From assembly GCA_031360095.1 (NCBI GenBank), contig JANMAY010000055.1:175-64174 (forward strand): a DNA stretch of 64,000 nt, in the 5' to 3' direction. This stretch comes from Gemmatimonadaceae bacterium. GTDB taxonomy: Bacteria > Gemmatimonadota > Gemmatimonadetes > Gemmatimonadales > Gemmatimonadaceae. A model generated the notes under the pieces. It saw only the letters and a list, made by a program, of their open reading frames with translations, was not told where the DNA came from and did no database searches. A program made the position numbers and the translations under genes. Shown here piece by piece: positions 11,856 through 21,200 of this stretch. Positions within the stretch are counted from its first letter, which is position 1. Each line of letters starts with the position of its first letter.

Positions 11856-14348
11856 ATGCGCCATCATCACGCGACGATATCGTGCACAAATGTGCACCCA
11901 CGTACCATTGCTACAATTGCCCTCGCCATCTCGGCAATGTGGCCGGCTTCACTGGCGGCGCAGCAAGCAACCAGCGTCCACGTCCAGTGCTCCGCGAGCC
12001 CGCCGGCGGGCACTCTCGCCATCGGTCCCAGCCTCCTCTACAACGCCGAACGCGGTTACGGATTCCGTGCTCCGCTCGCCGGCGCTTCGGCAACCGAGTG
12101 TGAGAGCGACCGGCCATTCGTGTTGGACGTCGCCCTGCCGGAAGGCGACTACGACGTCACAGTCACTTTTGGCGCTGCCGAGCGCGCGTCGAATACGACA
12201 GTGCGCGCTGAGTCGCGACGATTGATGCTCGAGGCGGTGGGGACGCGCGCCGGTGAGGTCGCGACCCGCACGTTCACGGTCAACGTGCGCACGCCCGCCA
12301 TTCCAGGCGGTGACTCCGTGCGGCTCAAATCACGCGAGATCGGCTCGGCCACGTGGGACGACCGCCTCAGCCTCGAGTTCACTGGGGAGCATCCCGCCCT
12401 GCGCGAGGTATGCATCGCTCCGGCACGCCGTCCGGTCACGATCTTTCTCGCCGGCAACTCCACCGTGGTGGATCAAGCGGCTGAGCCATGGGCGGCGTGG
12501 GGACAGATGATACCGCGATTCTTTCGCCCTGGAGCCATTGTCGTGGCCAATCACGCCGAGTCGGGCGAGACGCTGAAGGCATTCATTGGAGAGCGTCGGT
12601 TGGCCAAAGTGCTGAGCACGATGAAGAAGGGCGACTACCTCTTCATCGAGTTCGCGCACAACGATCAGAAGCCCGGGTCGTCCTACCTGGACCCATTCAC
12701 GACGTACAAGCAGCACCTCAAGCAGTTCATTTCGGAGGCGCGCTCGCGCGGGGCGAACCCCGTGCTGGTTACGTCGATGCATCGACGGCGATTCGACTCC
12801 ACCGGTGTGATCATCAACACGCTCGGCGACTATCCGGAGGCCGTGCGGCAGACTGCTGCTGAAGAGCGCGTGCCGCTCATCGATCTCAACGCCATGAGCA
12901 AGCAGTTTTACGAAGCGCTCGGACCCATCACGTCCATGAAGGCGTTCGTGCACTATCCCGCGGGTACGTATCCCAATCAGACCGCGGAGCTCAAGGACGA
13001 TACGCATTTCAGCAACTACGGGGCATACGAGCTGGCACGGATGGTCGTCGAGGGAATCAAGACGGCGGATGCGAGGCTCGCGCGTCACCTGCTGCCGAAC
13101 TTGCCGCGGTTCGATCCAGCGCATCCCGATGACGTCGATCGGTTCGCGCTTCCTCCGAGCCCGGTCGCCTGGCCCGCGACGGTCGCAGCGAGTCCACCGG
13201 TACTCGAAACCGGCGCTGGCCCGATGCCGCTGGAGTGGATCGATCAGGCAACGGGCCATCGTGTGATGCGACTCTCGCGGCGCGAGGGAGCCAACACGAG
13301 CTTCTACTTCCACAACAATCCGTTCCTGCCGTCGGCAGACGACTCCGGATCGACGATGGTGTTCTCCGGCACCACGGCTATCGGACGCCAGCTCTTCGCG
13401 GTCGATCTTCGCACATTCGCCATCCGGCAGCTCACCGAGCGCACCGGCGGCGTCTCGGGCGAGATCATCGCGCCTCGCCATCGCGAGGTGGTGTATCAGC
13501 GGCGCGACAGCGTGTTCGCGACCCACGTCGACACGCGCGCGACGCGTCTCGTTCACGTGCTGCCGCCCGAGCTGCACGGCAGCATCTCCACGTTGAATGC
13601 GGACGAAACCTTGCTCGCCGGCGTGAGCGCGGGACAGGAAGCGCGGGACATCCTCGCGAAGTACCCGGCAAAGTCCGAGTTCTTCAACCGCATCTTCGAC
13701 GCGCACGTGCCGCATGCGCTGTTCACCGTCGATCTGCGAACGGGCGTGGTCCGCACCGTCCACCAGGAGAAGACCTGGCTTGGCCACGTGCAGTTCTCTC
13801 CGACCGATCCTGCGCTGCTCATGTTTTGCCACGAAGGACCGTGGCATCTGCTCGATCGCATCTGGACCATCGATGTCCGCGATTCCACCGTGCGGCAGAT
13901 CCATCATCGCACGATGGAGCGCGAGATCGCGGGTCATGAGTTCTGGAGCCCCGACGGCCGCACGATCTGGTACGACCTGCAGCTGCCACGCGGAGTGACG
14001 TTTTTTCTTCAGGGTGCCGACGTCACGACTGGTCGCACCGTGCGCTATCAGATGTCACCAGACGAATGGTCGATTCACTTCAACGTGACGGCGGACCAGC
14101 GGCTGTTCGCCGGCGACGGCGGAGATTCGACGCAGGTCGCGCGGGCAAAGAATGGGCGCTGGCTCTACCTGTTCCGTCCGGAGGGTGAGCGCCTCCTGTC
14201 CGAGCGGTTGGTCGACATGCGGCGTCACAACTATCGGCTCGAGCCGAACGTGCACTTCACACCGGATGGGAAGTGGGTAGTGTTTCGCGGCAACTTCGAG
14301 GGGGAGGCGCAGGTGTACGCCGTGGAAGTCGTACGCGCGATGCAATAA
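11856..14348 (+). CDS. Secreted fusion protein: N-terminal beta-rich module + SGNH/GDSL rhamnogalacturonan acetylesterase-like domain + oligogalacturonide lyase (PL22)-like beta-propeller
   Basis: 830-aa ORF. The SGNH block I motif is IFLAGNSTV, with FIEFAHNDQK as the later block. The C-terminal ~400 aa resemble oligogalacturonate lyase (EWIDQATGHRVMRLSRREGANTSFYFHNNPF..., HEFWSPDGRTIWYD). The start is uncertain: ATG at 11856 or in-frame GTG at 11892. Confidence 0.7.
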   Translation: MRHHHATISCTNVHPRTIATIALAISAMWPASLAAQQATSVHVQCSASPPAGTLAIGPSLLYNAERGYGFRAPLAGASATECESDRPFVLDVALPEGDYDVTVTFGAAERASNTTVRAESRRLMLEAVGTRAGEVATRTFTVNVRTPAIPGGDSVRLKSREIGSATWDDRLSLEFTGEHPALREVCIAPARRPVTIFLAGNSTVVDQAAEPWAAWGQMIPRFFRPGAIVVANHAESGETLKAFIGERRLAKVLSTMKKGDYLFIEFAHNDQKPGSSYLDPFTTYKQHLKQFISEARSRGANPVLVTSMHRRRFDSTGVIINTLGDYPEAVRQTAAEERVPLIDLNAMSKQFYEALGPITSMKAFVHYPAGTYPNQTAELKDDTHFSNYGAYELARMVVEGIKTADARLARHLLPNLPRFDPAHPDDVDRFALPPSPVAWPATVAASPPVLETGAGPMPLEWIDQATGHRVMRLSRREGANTSFYFHNNPFLPSADDSGSTMVFSGTTAIGRQLFAVDLRTFAIRQLTERTGGVSGEIIAPRHREVVYQRRDSVFATHVDTRATRLVHVLPPELHGSISTLNADETLLAGVSAGQEARDILAKYPAKSEFFNRIFDAHVPHALFTVDLRTGVVRTVHQEKTWLGHVQFSPTDPALLMFCHEGPWHLLDRIWTIDVRDSTVRQIHHRTMEREIAGHEFWSPDGRTIWYDLQLPRGVTFFLQGADVTTGRTVRYQMSPDEWSIHFNVTADQRLFAGDGGDSTQVARAKNGRWLYLFRPEGERLLSERLVDMRRHNYRLEPNVHFTPDGKWVVFRGNFEGEAQVYAVEVVRAMQ
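11882..11897. promoter_or_regulatory. Putative operator: perfect 16-bp palindrome GTGCACAAATGTGCAC
   Basis: Read directly from the sequence. It lies in the divergent region between the GH31/TonB operon (start 11741, minus strand) and the esterase-lyase gene (plus strand). It matches the site at 7095-7110 in 15 of 16 positions. Confidence 0.55.
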
Positions 14349-14389
14349 TCACTCACTCACACGCCGAGCTGAAGTCCGAGGGCATGGTT

Positions 14390-17149
14390 CTACCGACCGC
14401 GCACTTTCGCCGCGAGCGCTGACGCGAGGTACGTGAACGTGTAATCCCCCGATCCGACCTCGAGATCAACGACGTCGTCCGATTGCTTCGCGCCGGTGAC
14501 TGCGGCTCCGCGCTCCCGCACCTGCTCGAGCCGCGCACCCGGCAAATGAATCGACGCCCGCGCATTCGCCGGCACGCGCACGGTCACCTGCATGGTGTCG
14601 CCAGCGAGCGTCCATCCGGATGCCGCTTCGCCGTAGGGGGTGACGAGCGATGCACGCGCGAAGGTGAATGCACCGCCCGGCTGCGGCCGGATCACGAGAT
14701 GCCGGTAGCCCGGCTGCGCGGGATCCATGTCGAGGCCGGCGACAACGCGATACAGCCAATCGCCGACCGCGCCGTATGCGTAGTGGTTGAACGAATTCAT
14801 CCCCTTGTCCTGAAAGCTGCCGTCGGGCTTCTGGCCGTCCCAGCGCTCCCAGATCGTCGTCGCACCCTGCTTCACCGGATACAGCCATGAGGGATACCGC
14901 TCGTTGAGCAGCAGGCGATACGCTTCGTCCAGATGCCCCGTCTCGCTCAGCGTGCGGGTCAGCGCCGGTGTGCCGAGAAAGCCAGTGGTGAGGTGGCGCA
15001 TCGAGGTGACGTCCGCGGCGAGGCGGCGCGCGGCTTCCATGCGCATCGCATCGGACACCAGTCCGAAATCCAATGCGAGCACGTATGCCGTCTGCGTGTT
15101 CGACGTCATGCGGCCGCTCGAGCTGATGTACTCGCGCTGGAACGCCGTCCGGATCTCGTCGAAGAGCGTGCGATACGTGCGAGCGTCGTCGGTCTTGCCC
15201 AGCGCGACGGCACTGCGGGCCAGAATATCCGTCGAATGCGCGAAGTACGCGGTGGCGATGAGATCTTTGTCCGTGGTCGCGCCCGGGTAGTCAGCACGAG
15301 TGGTAGAGAACGCGAGCCAGTCGCCGAAATGCTGGCCGTTCGTCCAGAGATGACTTGCACCAGCTTTCGTATTCATGTATTCGACCCACGCGCGCATGCT
15401 CGGATACTGCCGCTCCAGTACACGCGTGTCGCCGTACACCTGATACATCGTCCACGGCACGATCACGCTGGCGTCGGCCCAACCCGCGCTCGTGCCCGCG
15501 GCCGGCGCGGTGCGCGACAGGACATCGGGGATCACCCACGGCACGCCCCCGTCCGGTTTTTGGTCCGCGGCCAAGTCACCGAGCCACTTCGCGAAGAACC
15601 CGCTGACGTCCATGTTGAACGCCGCAGTACGCGCGAACACCTGCGCATCTCCGGTCCACCCGAGCCGTTCGTCTCGCTGCGGACAGTCTGTGGGAATGTC
15701 GAGAAAGTTGCCGCGCTCACCCCACACGATGTTGTTCTGGAGCTGATTGACAAGCGAATTCGAGCTCTCGAACCGTCCGGTCGTCGCCATGTCCGAATGG
15801 ATCACGATCCCCGTGATCGCATCGAGCGTGGGCGTGCCGGGATAGCCCTCGACGGCGACGTAGCGGAATCCCTGGAAGGTGAAGTGCGGCTCGTACGTCT
15901 CGACGCCACCGCCCTTGAGGGTGTACTGCACTGTCTCCTGTGCGCCGCGCAGGTTCTCCGTGTAGAAGTTGCCCGCCTTGTCGAGCACCTCCGCGTGACG
16001 GAGACGAACGCTCGTGCCCGCGGGGCCGCTCACGCGCAGCCGTACCCATCCCACCATGTTCTGCCCGAGGTCGAACACGGTTTGCCCCGAGGGCGTCTGG
16101 AGAAGCTTGACCGGCTTGAGCTCCTGCATGCGACGAACGGGTGGACCCTGCGGCGCGATCAGCGTAGCGGTGATCCCGTCGAGCGTGCGCACGCCGCGCC
16201 AGCTGCGATCGTCATACTGCGGGCGACTCCATCCCTCGCGCTCGAGTCGGGCGTCGTACGTCTCGCCATCGTAGATGTCGGAGACGATGATCGGACCGGT
16301 TGCGGCCTTCCAGCTGGTATCCGTACTGATGATTTGCGAGCGGCCGTCGGCATACTGGACAACGAGCTGCGCGAGCAACGCCACACGCGTACCGTAGTTG
16401 TTCCGCTTGCCGCTGAATCCCATGTGGCCGCGATACCATCCGTCGCCGAGTGTCGCGCCGAGTGTGTTGGCTCCGGATTGGAGGAGCGACGTGACGTCGT
16501 AGGTCTCATACTGAATGCGCTTGTCGTAGCTCGTCCATCCTGGCGAGAAGAGATGATCGCCGACGCGGCGTCCATTGAGCTCCATCGCATTGAGTCCCAG
16601 GCTCGTCACGTAGAGGCGCGCCGACGCGATGCGTCCGCTGAGCGCGAATTCGCGACGGAGCATGGGGCTCGGGTTCGAGCGCGTCGTGTCTTCGGGGAGA
16701 TCGGGGGTGACCCAGCGCGCCTGCCAGTCGGACGTGTTCAGCAATCCCATTTCGAAGTACGCCGGCATGCTCCACGGCGAAGCGCGTCCGGCATCGTCCC
16801 AAGCCCGCACTTGCCAGTAATAGCGCTTCCCCGATTGCAGCGCCGGCCCGCCGTACAAACGGAAGATGGATTCGTCGCTCGCCACCCGCCCGGAATCCCA
16901 GATCAGGGTTCGTCCGAACGCCGTGGAATCAGGCGCGACCCGAATCTGATACGCGCTCTGCATCGTGCTGCGACGAGTAGCGTGGAGACGCCAGCTCAAT
17001 CTCGGCGAGCGGACATCGGTGCCGATGGGATTCTGATGGTACTCGGTTCGCAGATTCTCGAGGTGGAACTCCTGTGCGGAGATGGCCGCCGGGAACGCAC
17101 TCAGCGCGAAAAGAGCGATACGAAGTGCTGCGCGTGCAGTCATGGTCAT
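14390..17149 (-). CDS. Alpha-L-rhamnosidase, glycoside hydrolase family 78
   Basis: ORF 14390-18232 trimmed to the ATG at 17149 (MTMTARAALRIALFALSAFPAAISAQ signal). GH78 hallmarks are LENLRTEYHQNPIGTDVRSPRLSW and DCPQRDERLGWTGDAQVF. The upstream 1083 nt of the ORF lies antisense to the GH16 gene and has no signal peptide or recognisable domain. Confidence 0.9.
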   Translation of the reverse strand: MTMTARAALRIALFALSAFPAAISAQEFHLENLRTEYHQNPIGTDVRSPRLSWRLHATRRSTMQSAYQIRVAPDSTAFGRTLIWDSGRVASDESIFRLYGGPALQSGKRYYWQVRAWDDAGRASPWSMPAYFEMGLLNTSDWQARWVTPDLPEDTTRSNPSPMLRREFALSGRIASARLYVTSLGLNAMELNGRRVGDHLFSPGWTSYDKRIQYETYDVTSLLQSGANTLGATLGDGWYRGHMGFSGKRNNYGTRVALLAQLVVQYADGRSQIISTDTSWKAATGPIIVSDIYDGETYDARLEREGWSRPQYDDRSWRGVRTLDGITATLIAPQGPPVRRMQELKPVKLLQTPSGQTVFDLGQNMVGWVRLRVSGPAGTSVRLRHAEVLDKAGNFYTENLRGAQETVQYTLKGGGVETYEPHFTFQGFRYVAVEGYPGTPTLDAITGIVIHSDMATTGRFESSNSLVNQLQNNIVWGERGNFLDIPTDCPQRDERLGWTGDAQVFARTAAFNMDVSGFFAKWLGDLAADQKPDGGVPWVIPDVLSRTAPAAGTSAGWADASVIVPWTMYQVYGDTRVLERQYPSMRAWVEYMNTKAGASHLWTNGQHFGDWLAFSTTRADYPGATTDKDLIATAYFAHSTDILARSAVALGKTDDARTYRTLFDEIRTAFQREYISSSGRMTSNTQTAYVLALDFGLVSDAMRMEAARRLAADVTSMRHLTTGFLGTPALTRTLSETGHLDEAYRLLLNERYPSWLYPVKQGATTIWERWDGQKPDGSFQDKGMNSFNHYAYGAVGDWLYRVVAGLDMDPAQPGYRHLVIRPQPGGAFTFARASLVTPYGEAASGWTLAGDTMQVTVRVPANARASIHLPGARLEQVRERGAAVTGAKQSDDVVDLEVGSGDYTFTYLASALAAKVRGR

Positions 17150-17398
17150 AGAGGATGAGGGCGGAACAGCGGTTTTTCTACCGCAGAGGCGCAGGGACCG
17201 CAGAGGACGGCAACAGCAGGCCTCACGCGCACCTTGGACTTGCTTTCGGTTTGGTCGAAGCGCAAGTACGGGTGGCGCGTCGTAGGAACAGTCCGCCCGT
17301 TCCAGCCCTTTCCGACTCTTCCCCAAATTCAGTTGCGATTCGTCCCTGCCATCTCTCGTGAGCCGTTGCAGTTTCCGGGTCGATCCCGGTATTCCCGG

Positions 17399-18226
17399 AT
17401 GATCGTTTTTGCATTCTCCGTCGCACTGGCCGCACCTGCGGAGTCGCAGCGAACCGCCGTTCCCGGATATCGACTCGTGTGGTCCGACGAATTCGATCGC
17501 GACGGTTGGCCCGATCCGAGAAAGTGGACCTACGAGCGCGGCTTCGCACGCAATCAGGAGCTGCAGTGGTATCAAGCCGACAATGCGCGCGTGCAGAATG
17601 GGATGCTGATCATCGAAGCGCGCCGGGAGCAGAAGCCGAATCCGCTGTTCGTGCCGGACAGCACTGACTGGAGGCGGAAGCGGCCGAACATCGAGTACAC
17701 ATCGTCGAGTTTGACGACACGGGGGCTGCACAGCTGGCGCTACGGCCGCTTCGAGATGCGGGCGCGCATCGACGTGCGGCCGGGAATGTGGCCGGCGTTC
17801 TGGACCGTGGGCGACGGCGGACGCTGGCCCGCCGGTGGCGAGATCGACATCATGGAGTACTACGCCGGCATGCTCCTGGCCAACGTTGCGTGGGCGGACT
17901 CGGCAGGGCGCGCGGTGTGGGACGACACGCGCACACCGCTTGCCGAGCTCGGAGGCCCGGAATGGTCTCGGCACTTTCACTCGTGGCGCATGGAGTGGGA
18001 CGAGGACGCAATTCGACTGTCCGTCGATGGAAGGCTTCTCAACACCACCGATCTCCGCGAAACCTTCAATCGAAGCGGTTCGAACGTCAATCCGCTGCGG
18101 CAGCCGCATCACATCATCTTGAATCTCGCCGTCGGCGGCACGCAGGGCGGCGATCCTTCGGCGACGCGCTTTCCGGCGCGCTTTGAGGTGGATTACGTGC
18201 GAGTCTACCAGCGCACTCCGCGCTGA
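17399..18226 (+). CDS. Glycoside hydrolase family 16 (beta-glucanase/laminarinase-like)
   Basis: ORF 17234-18226 trimmed to the ATG at 17399 (MIVFAFSVALAAPAESQ). GH16 catalytic motif GGEIDIME (E-x-D-x-x-E) and the typical YRLVWSDEFD N-terminal strand are present. Confidence 0.85.
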   Translation: MIVFAFSVALAAPAESQRTAVPGYRLVWSDEFDRDGWPDPRKWTYERGFARNQELQWYQADNARVQNGMLIIEARREQKPNPLFVPDSTDWRRKRPNIEYTSSSLTTRGLHSWRYGRFEMRARIDVRPGMWPAFWTVGDGGRWPAGGEIDIMEYYAGMLLANVAWADSAGRAVWDDTRTPLAELGGPEWSRHFHSWRMEWDEDAIRLSVDGRLLNTTDLRETFNRSGSNVNPLRQPHHIILNLAVGGTQGGDPSATRFPARFEVDYVRVYQRTPR

Positions 18227-18286
18227 TCGCACGTGCCAACATCGCGTCGGCCGCGAGCGTACTGCTTAATCGACCCCCATCACACC

Positions 18287-21200
18287 ATGACCGTGTCTTC
18301 TCAGCGTCTGGCAATCACGTGCGCCCTCGTTCTCGCGTCGGCGTCCTCTCTCCGCGCGCAGAACCCCGCGCAGAATCCCGCTCCGGCGCCCACGCCAATT
18401 CCCTCGAGCGGTCCGCTGCCGCGCAACGCCGCGCGTGAACAGGATTTGCTCCGGCAGACGAAAGCGCCCGACGGCTTCACCGTCACGGTCTTCGCCGGCG
18501 CGCCGGTGGCGGAGTATCCCACCTGCCTGGCGAATTCGCCCGACGGCGCACTCTTCGTCTGCGTCGACCCGAATCTTTCTCTCTCGGTCCACAAGGGCAT
18601 CGGCCGCATCGTCCGGCTCGTGGATGACGATCGCGACGGACGCGCCGACCGCTACACCGTGTTCGCGCAGATGGACAGCCCGCGCGGGGCGTTCTTCGAT
18701 GGGTCGACGCTGTATGTCATGCACCCGCCTTTTCTCACCGCGTATCGTGATACCAACGGCGACGGGATCGCCGATGAATCCGATGACCTCGTGAAGGGAC
18801 TGGGGTTCGACCTCGACTTTCGCGGCGCCGACCACACGACCAACCAGATCACGATGGGGATCGATGGCTGGATCTACGTCGCGGTCGGGGACTACGGCTA
18901 TCAAAAGGCCGTCGGCAAGGACGGCGCGACGATCGGCAACCGCGGCGGCAGTGTGGTGCGCGTGCGACCGGATGGCACGGGCCTCGAGATCTACGCCGTG
19001 GGCACCCGCAATATCTACGATGTGGCGCTCGATCCCTTTCTGCACGTGTTCACGCGCGACAACACCAATGACGGCGACGGCTGGGACACGCGGCTGCACT
19101 ACATCCCGGCGTTGGCGCACATGGGCTATCCCATGTACTACAAGAACTTCGCTGGCGAACACATGCCGTCGCTGCACGACTACGGCGCCGGCGCAGGAAC
19201 GGGCGCGGTGTGGGTGCAGGATCCCGGATTTCCCGCCGGCTACGACAACGTTCTGTATACCGGCGACTGGACCATGAACAAGGTCTTTCGCAACGCGACG
19301 ACGTCCAAGGGCGCGAGCTTCGACGTGCAGCAGGACCAGTTTCTTTCGATACCGCGTCCATCGGACATGGTCATGGATGCGAACTCGAACATGTACGTTG
19401 CAACGCTCATTGGCGGCACGTTCACCTACGTCGGCGATACGGTGGGCGGCGTGGTGCGCGTGAGCTATCCCGCCACATCGGGCGCAGCCGCGCCGCTGTT
19501 GTCTGCACTCGGCAACAGTGAGCTGATGGACGCGCTCGTTGGCCCGTACGCGGAACGCAGGCTTCAAGCGCAGCGCGAGCTGCTGCGTCGCGCGCGGCCG
19601 GGCAGACTTCGCGCCTGGTGGACCCGACGGTCCATCGTCGGCCGGCTTTCCGAGCTCACGCTCGACGCGAGGCGCCCCGACTATGCGCGCGTCGCCGCCA
19701 TGTTCACGCTGAAGCAGATTGCCGGGGTTTCCTCGCACGACGTGCTGTTGCGCGTTGCCGACGATCCAGCGATGCGCGCCCTGGCGCTGCATGCACTCGC
19801 CGACGACACTCGGCAGCTTGCCGGGGTGAGTACGAGCGTGTTCGTGCGTGCGCTGTCCGACCGCGATCCACGCGTACAGCTTCAGGCAATCGAAGGGCTC
19901 GTCCGACTCGGCGCTCATGATGCGGCAGCGTCAATCGTTCCGCTGACGGGAAGCGCGGATGCGGCAATCGCGCACGTCGCGGTGAAGGCCCTCGTCGCTC
20001 TCGATGCCGGTGCGGCGGCGCTCGCCGTCCTGGATACCGCGACACCCGACGTGCGCCGCGGCGCATTGCGTGTACTCGAGCAGATGCACAATGGAGCGTC
20101 CGTCAGCGGATTGATCGCGCGCTTTCGCACGACGAATGACGCGTCGGCTCGGCGTGATGTGCTCGCGGCGCTCGCGCGTCTGTACAACCGCGAAGCGGCG
20201 TGGAAGGGCGAGTGGTGGACGACGCGCCCCTCGTTCCTCGGCCCGTACTTCGCGCCCACACCGTGGGAGGAGAGCGCCACGATCCGTCCCGTGCTGCGCG
20301 ACGCGCTCCTCGCGGCGAACGGCGCCGACCTTGAAACGCTCGCGACTGAGCTCGCGCGCAACCGTGTGTTGCCGCAGGGAGCGAAGTCGATTGTCATCGC
20401 CCTGGCAGCACCGAATGATCAATCGCGCACCGAGGTGATCGACGCGCTCGTCGGCACATCGCATCTCGAGACCGCGGCGATCGCCATGCTTCCGTCGCTC
20501 GACAAGCGGAGTCCGGTGCTGCATTCCGCCGTCGCGCAGTTGCTCGCCGGTGAGACCTCAGTCGGCGAGCAGCTGCTCCCCCTGGTCAGAACCGGCGCGC
20601 TCGACTCCACCCTCGACGCCGAAATTCGCGGACGGCTCCTCAACTCCGTCGCACAGATGTCCGATTCGTCGGCGCGCGCCACATCGACTGAGCTGTTCGT
20701 CCGCACCGTGCCCGGTCCGGCAACACCAGCGCCGGTCGAGGCGGCATGGCGTCGGTACGTCGGCGACAGACGTCGCGGAGCGGAGCTCGACCAGTGGGTT
20801 CGTCTGGCACAAACGGGCGACCCGGCGCAGCGCACGCTCGCATTCTCCGTGCTCGCGCAGGGAATTCGCGGACAGCGCGTTCCGCCCGCGATTCGCAACA
20901 GAGTCGTACCGGTGATCGACGCGGCGTGGTTCGATGCAGCAGCGACGCCGAGTCTCGTGCAGGCGATCCGCGTGATGAAGCTGGAGAGTCAGTACGCCAA
21001 CCATCTGACGGCGTACGACCAGGCGCTCGTCGCGCAGGAGAATGCGCGAAAGGGAATCGTCGTGGTGAACGCACTCAAAGCCCATCCCAAGGAATGGATT
21101 CAGCTCTGGAACGGGCGCGATCTTCAGAATTGGGACATCAAGTTCAAGGGGCGCCCGGTCAACGAGAATTACAACGATACGTTCCGCGCCGAGAGCGGAT

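Noticed and set aside
12330-13937. 535-aa minus-strand ORF inside the esterase-lyase gene
   Set aside because: It is antisense to a coding region with SGNH and propeller motifs and has no motifs of its own. It is a high-GC artefact.
14933-17158. 741-aa plus-strand ORF opposite the GH78 gene
   Set aside because: The GH78 frame carries unmistakable family motifs (DCPQRDERLGWTGDAQVF). The antisense frame is Arg-rich and featureless.
17150-18232. N-terminal 361 codons of the 1280-aa ORF 14390-18232
   Set aside because: This part overlaps the GH16 gene on the other strand and lacks any domain. The GH78 signal peptide begins at the internal ATG at 17149.
18266-19918. 550-aa minus-strand ORF
   Set aside because: It is antisense to the N-terminal propeller of the dehydrogenase-cytochrome c protein and has no recognisable features.
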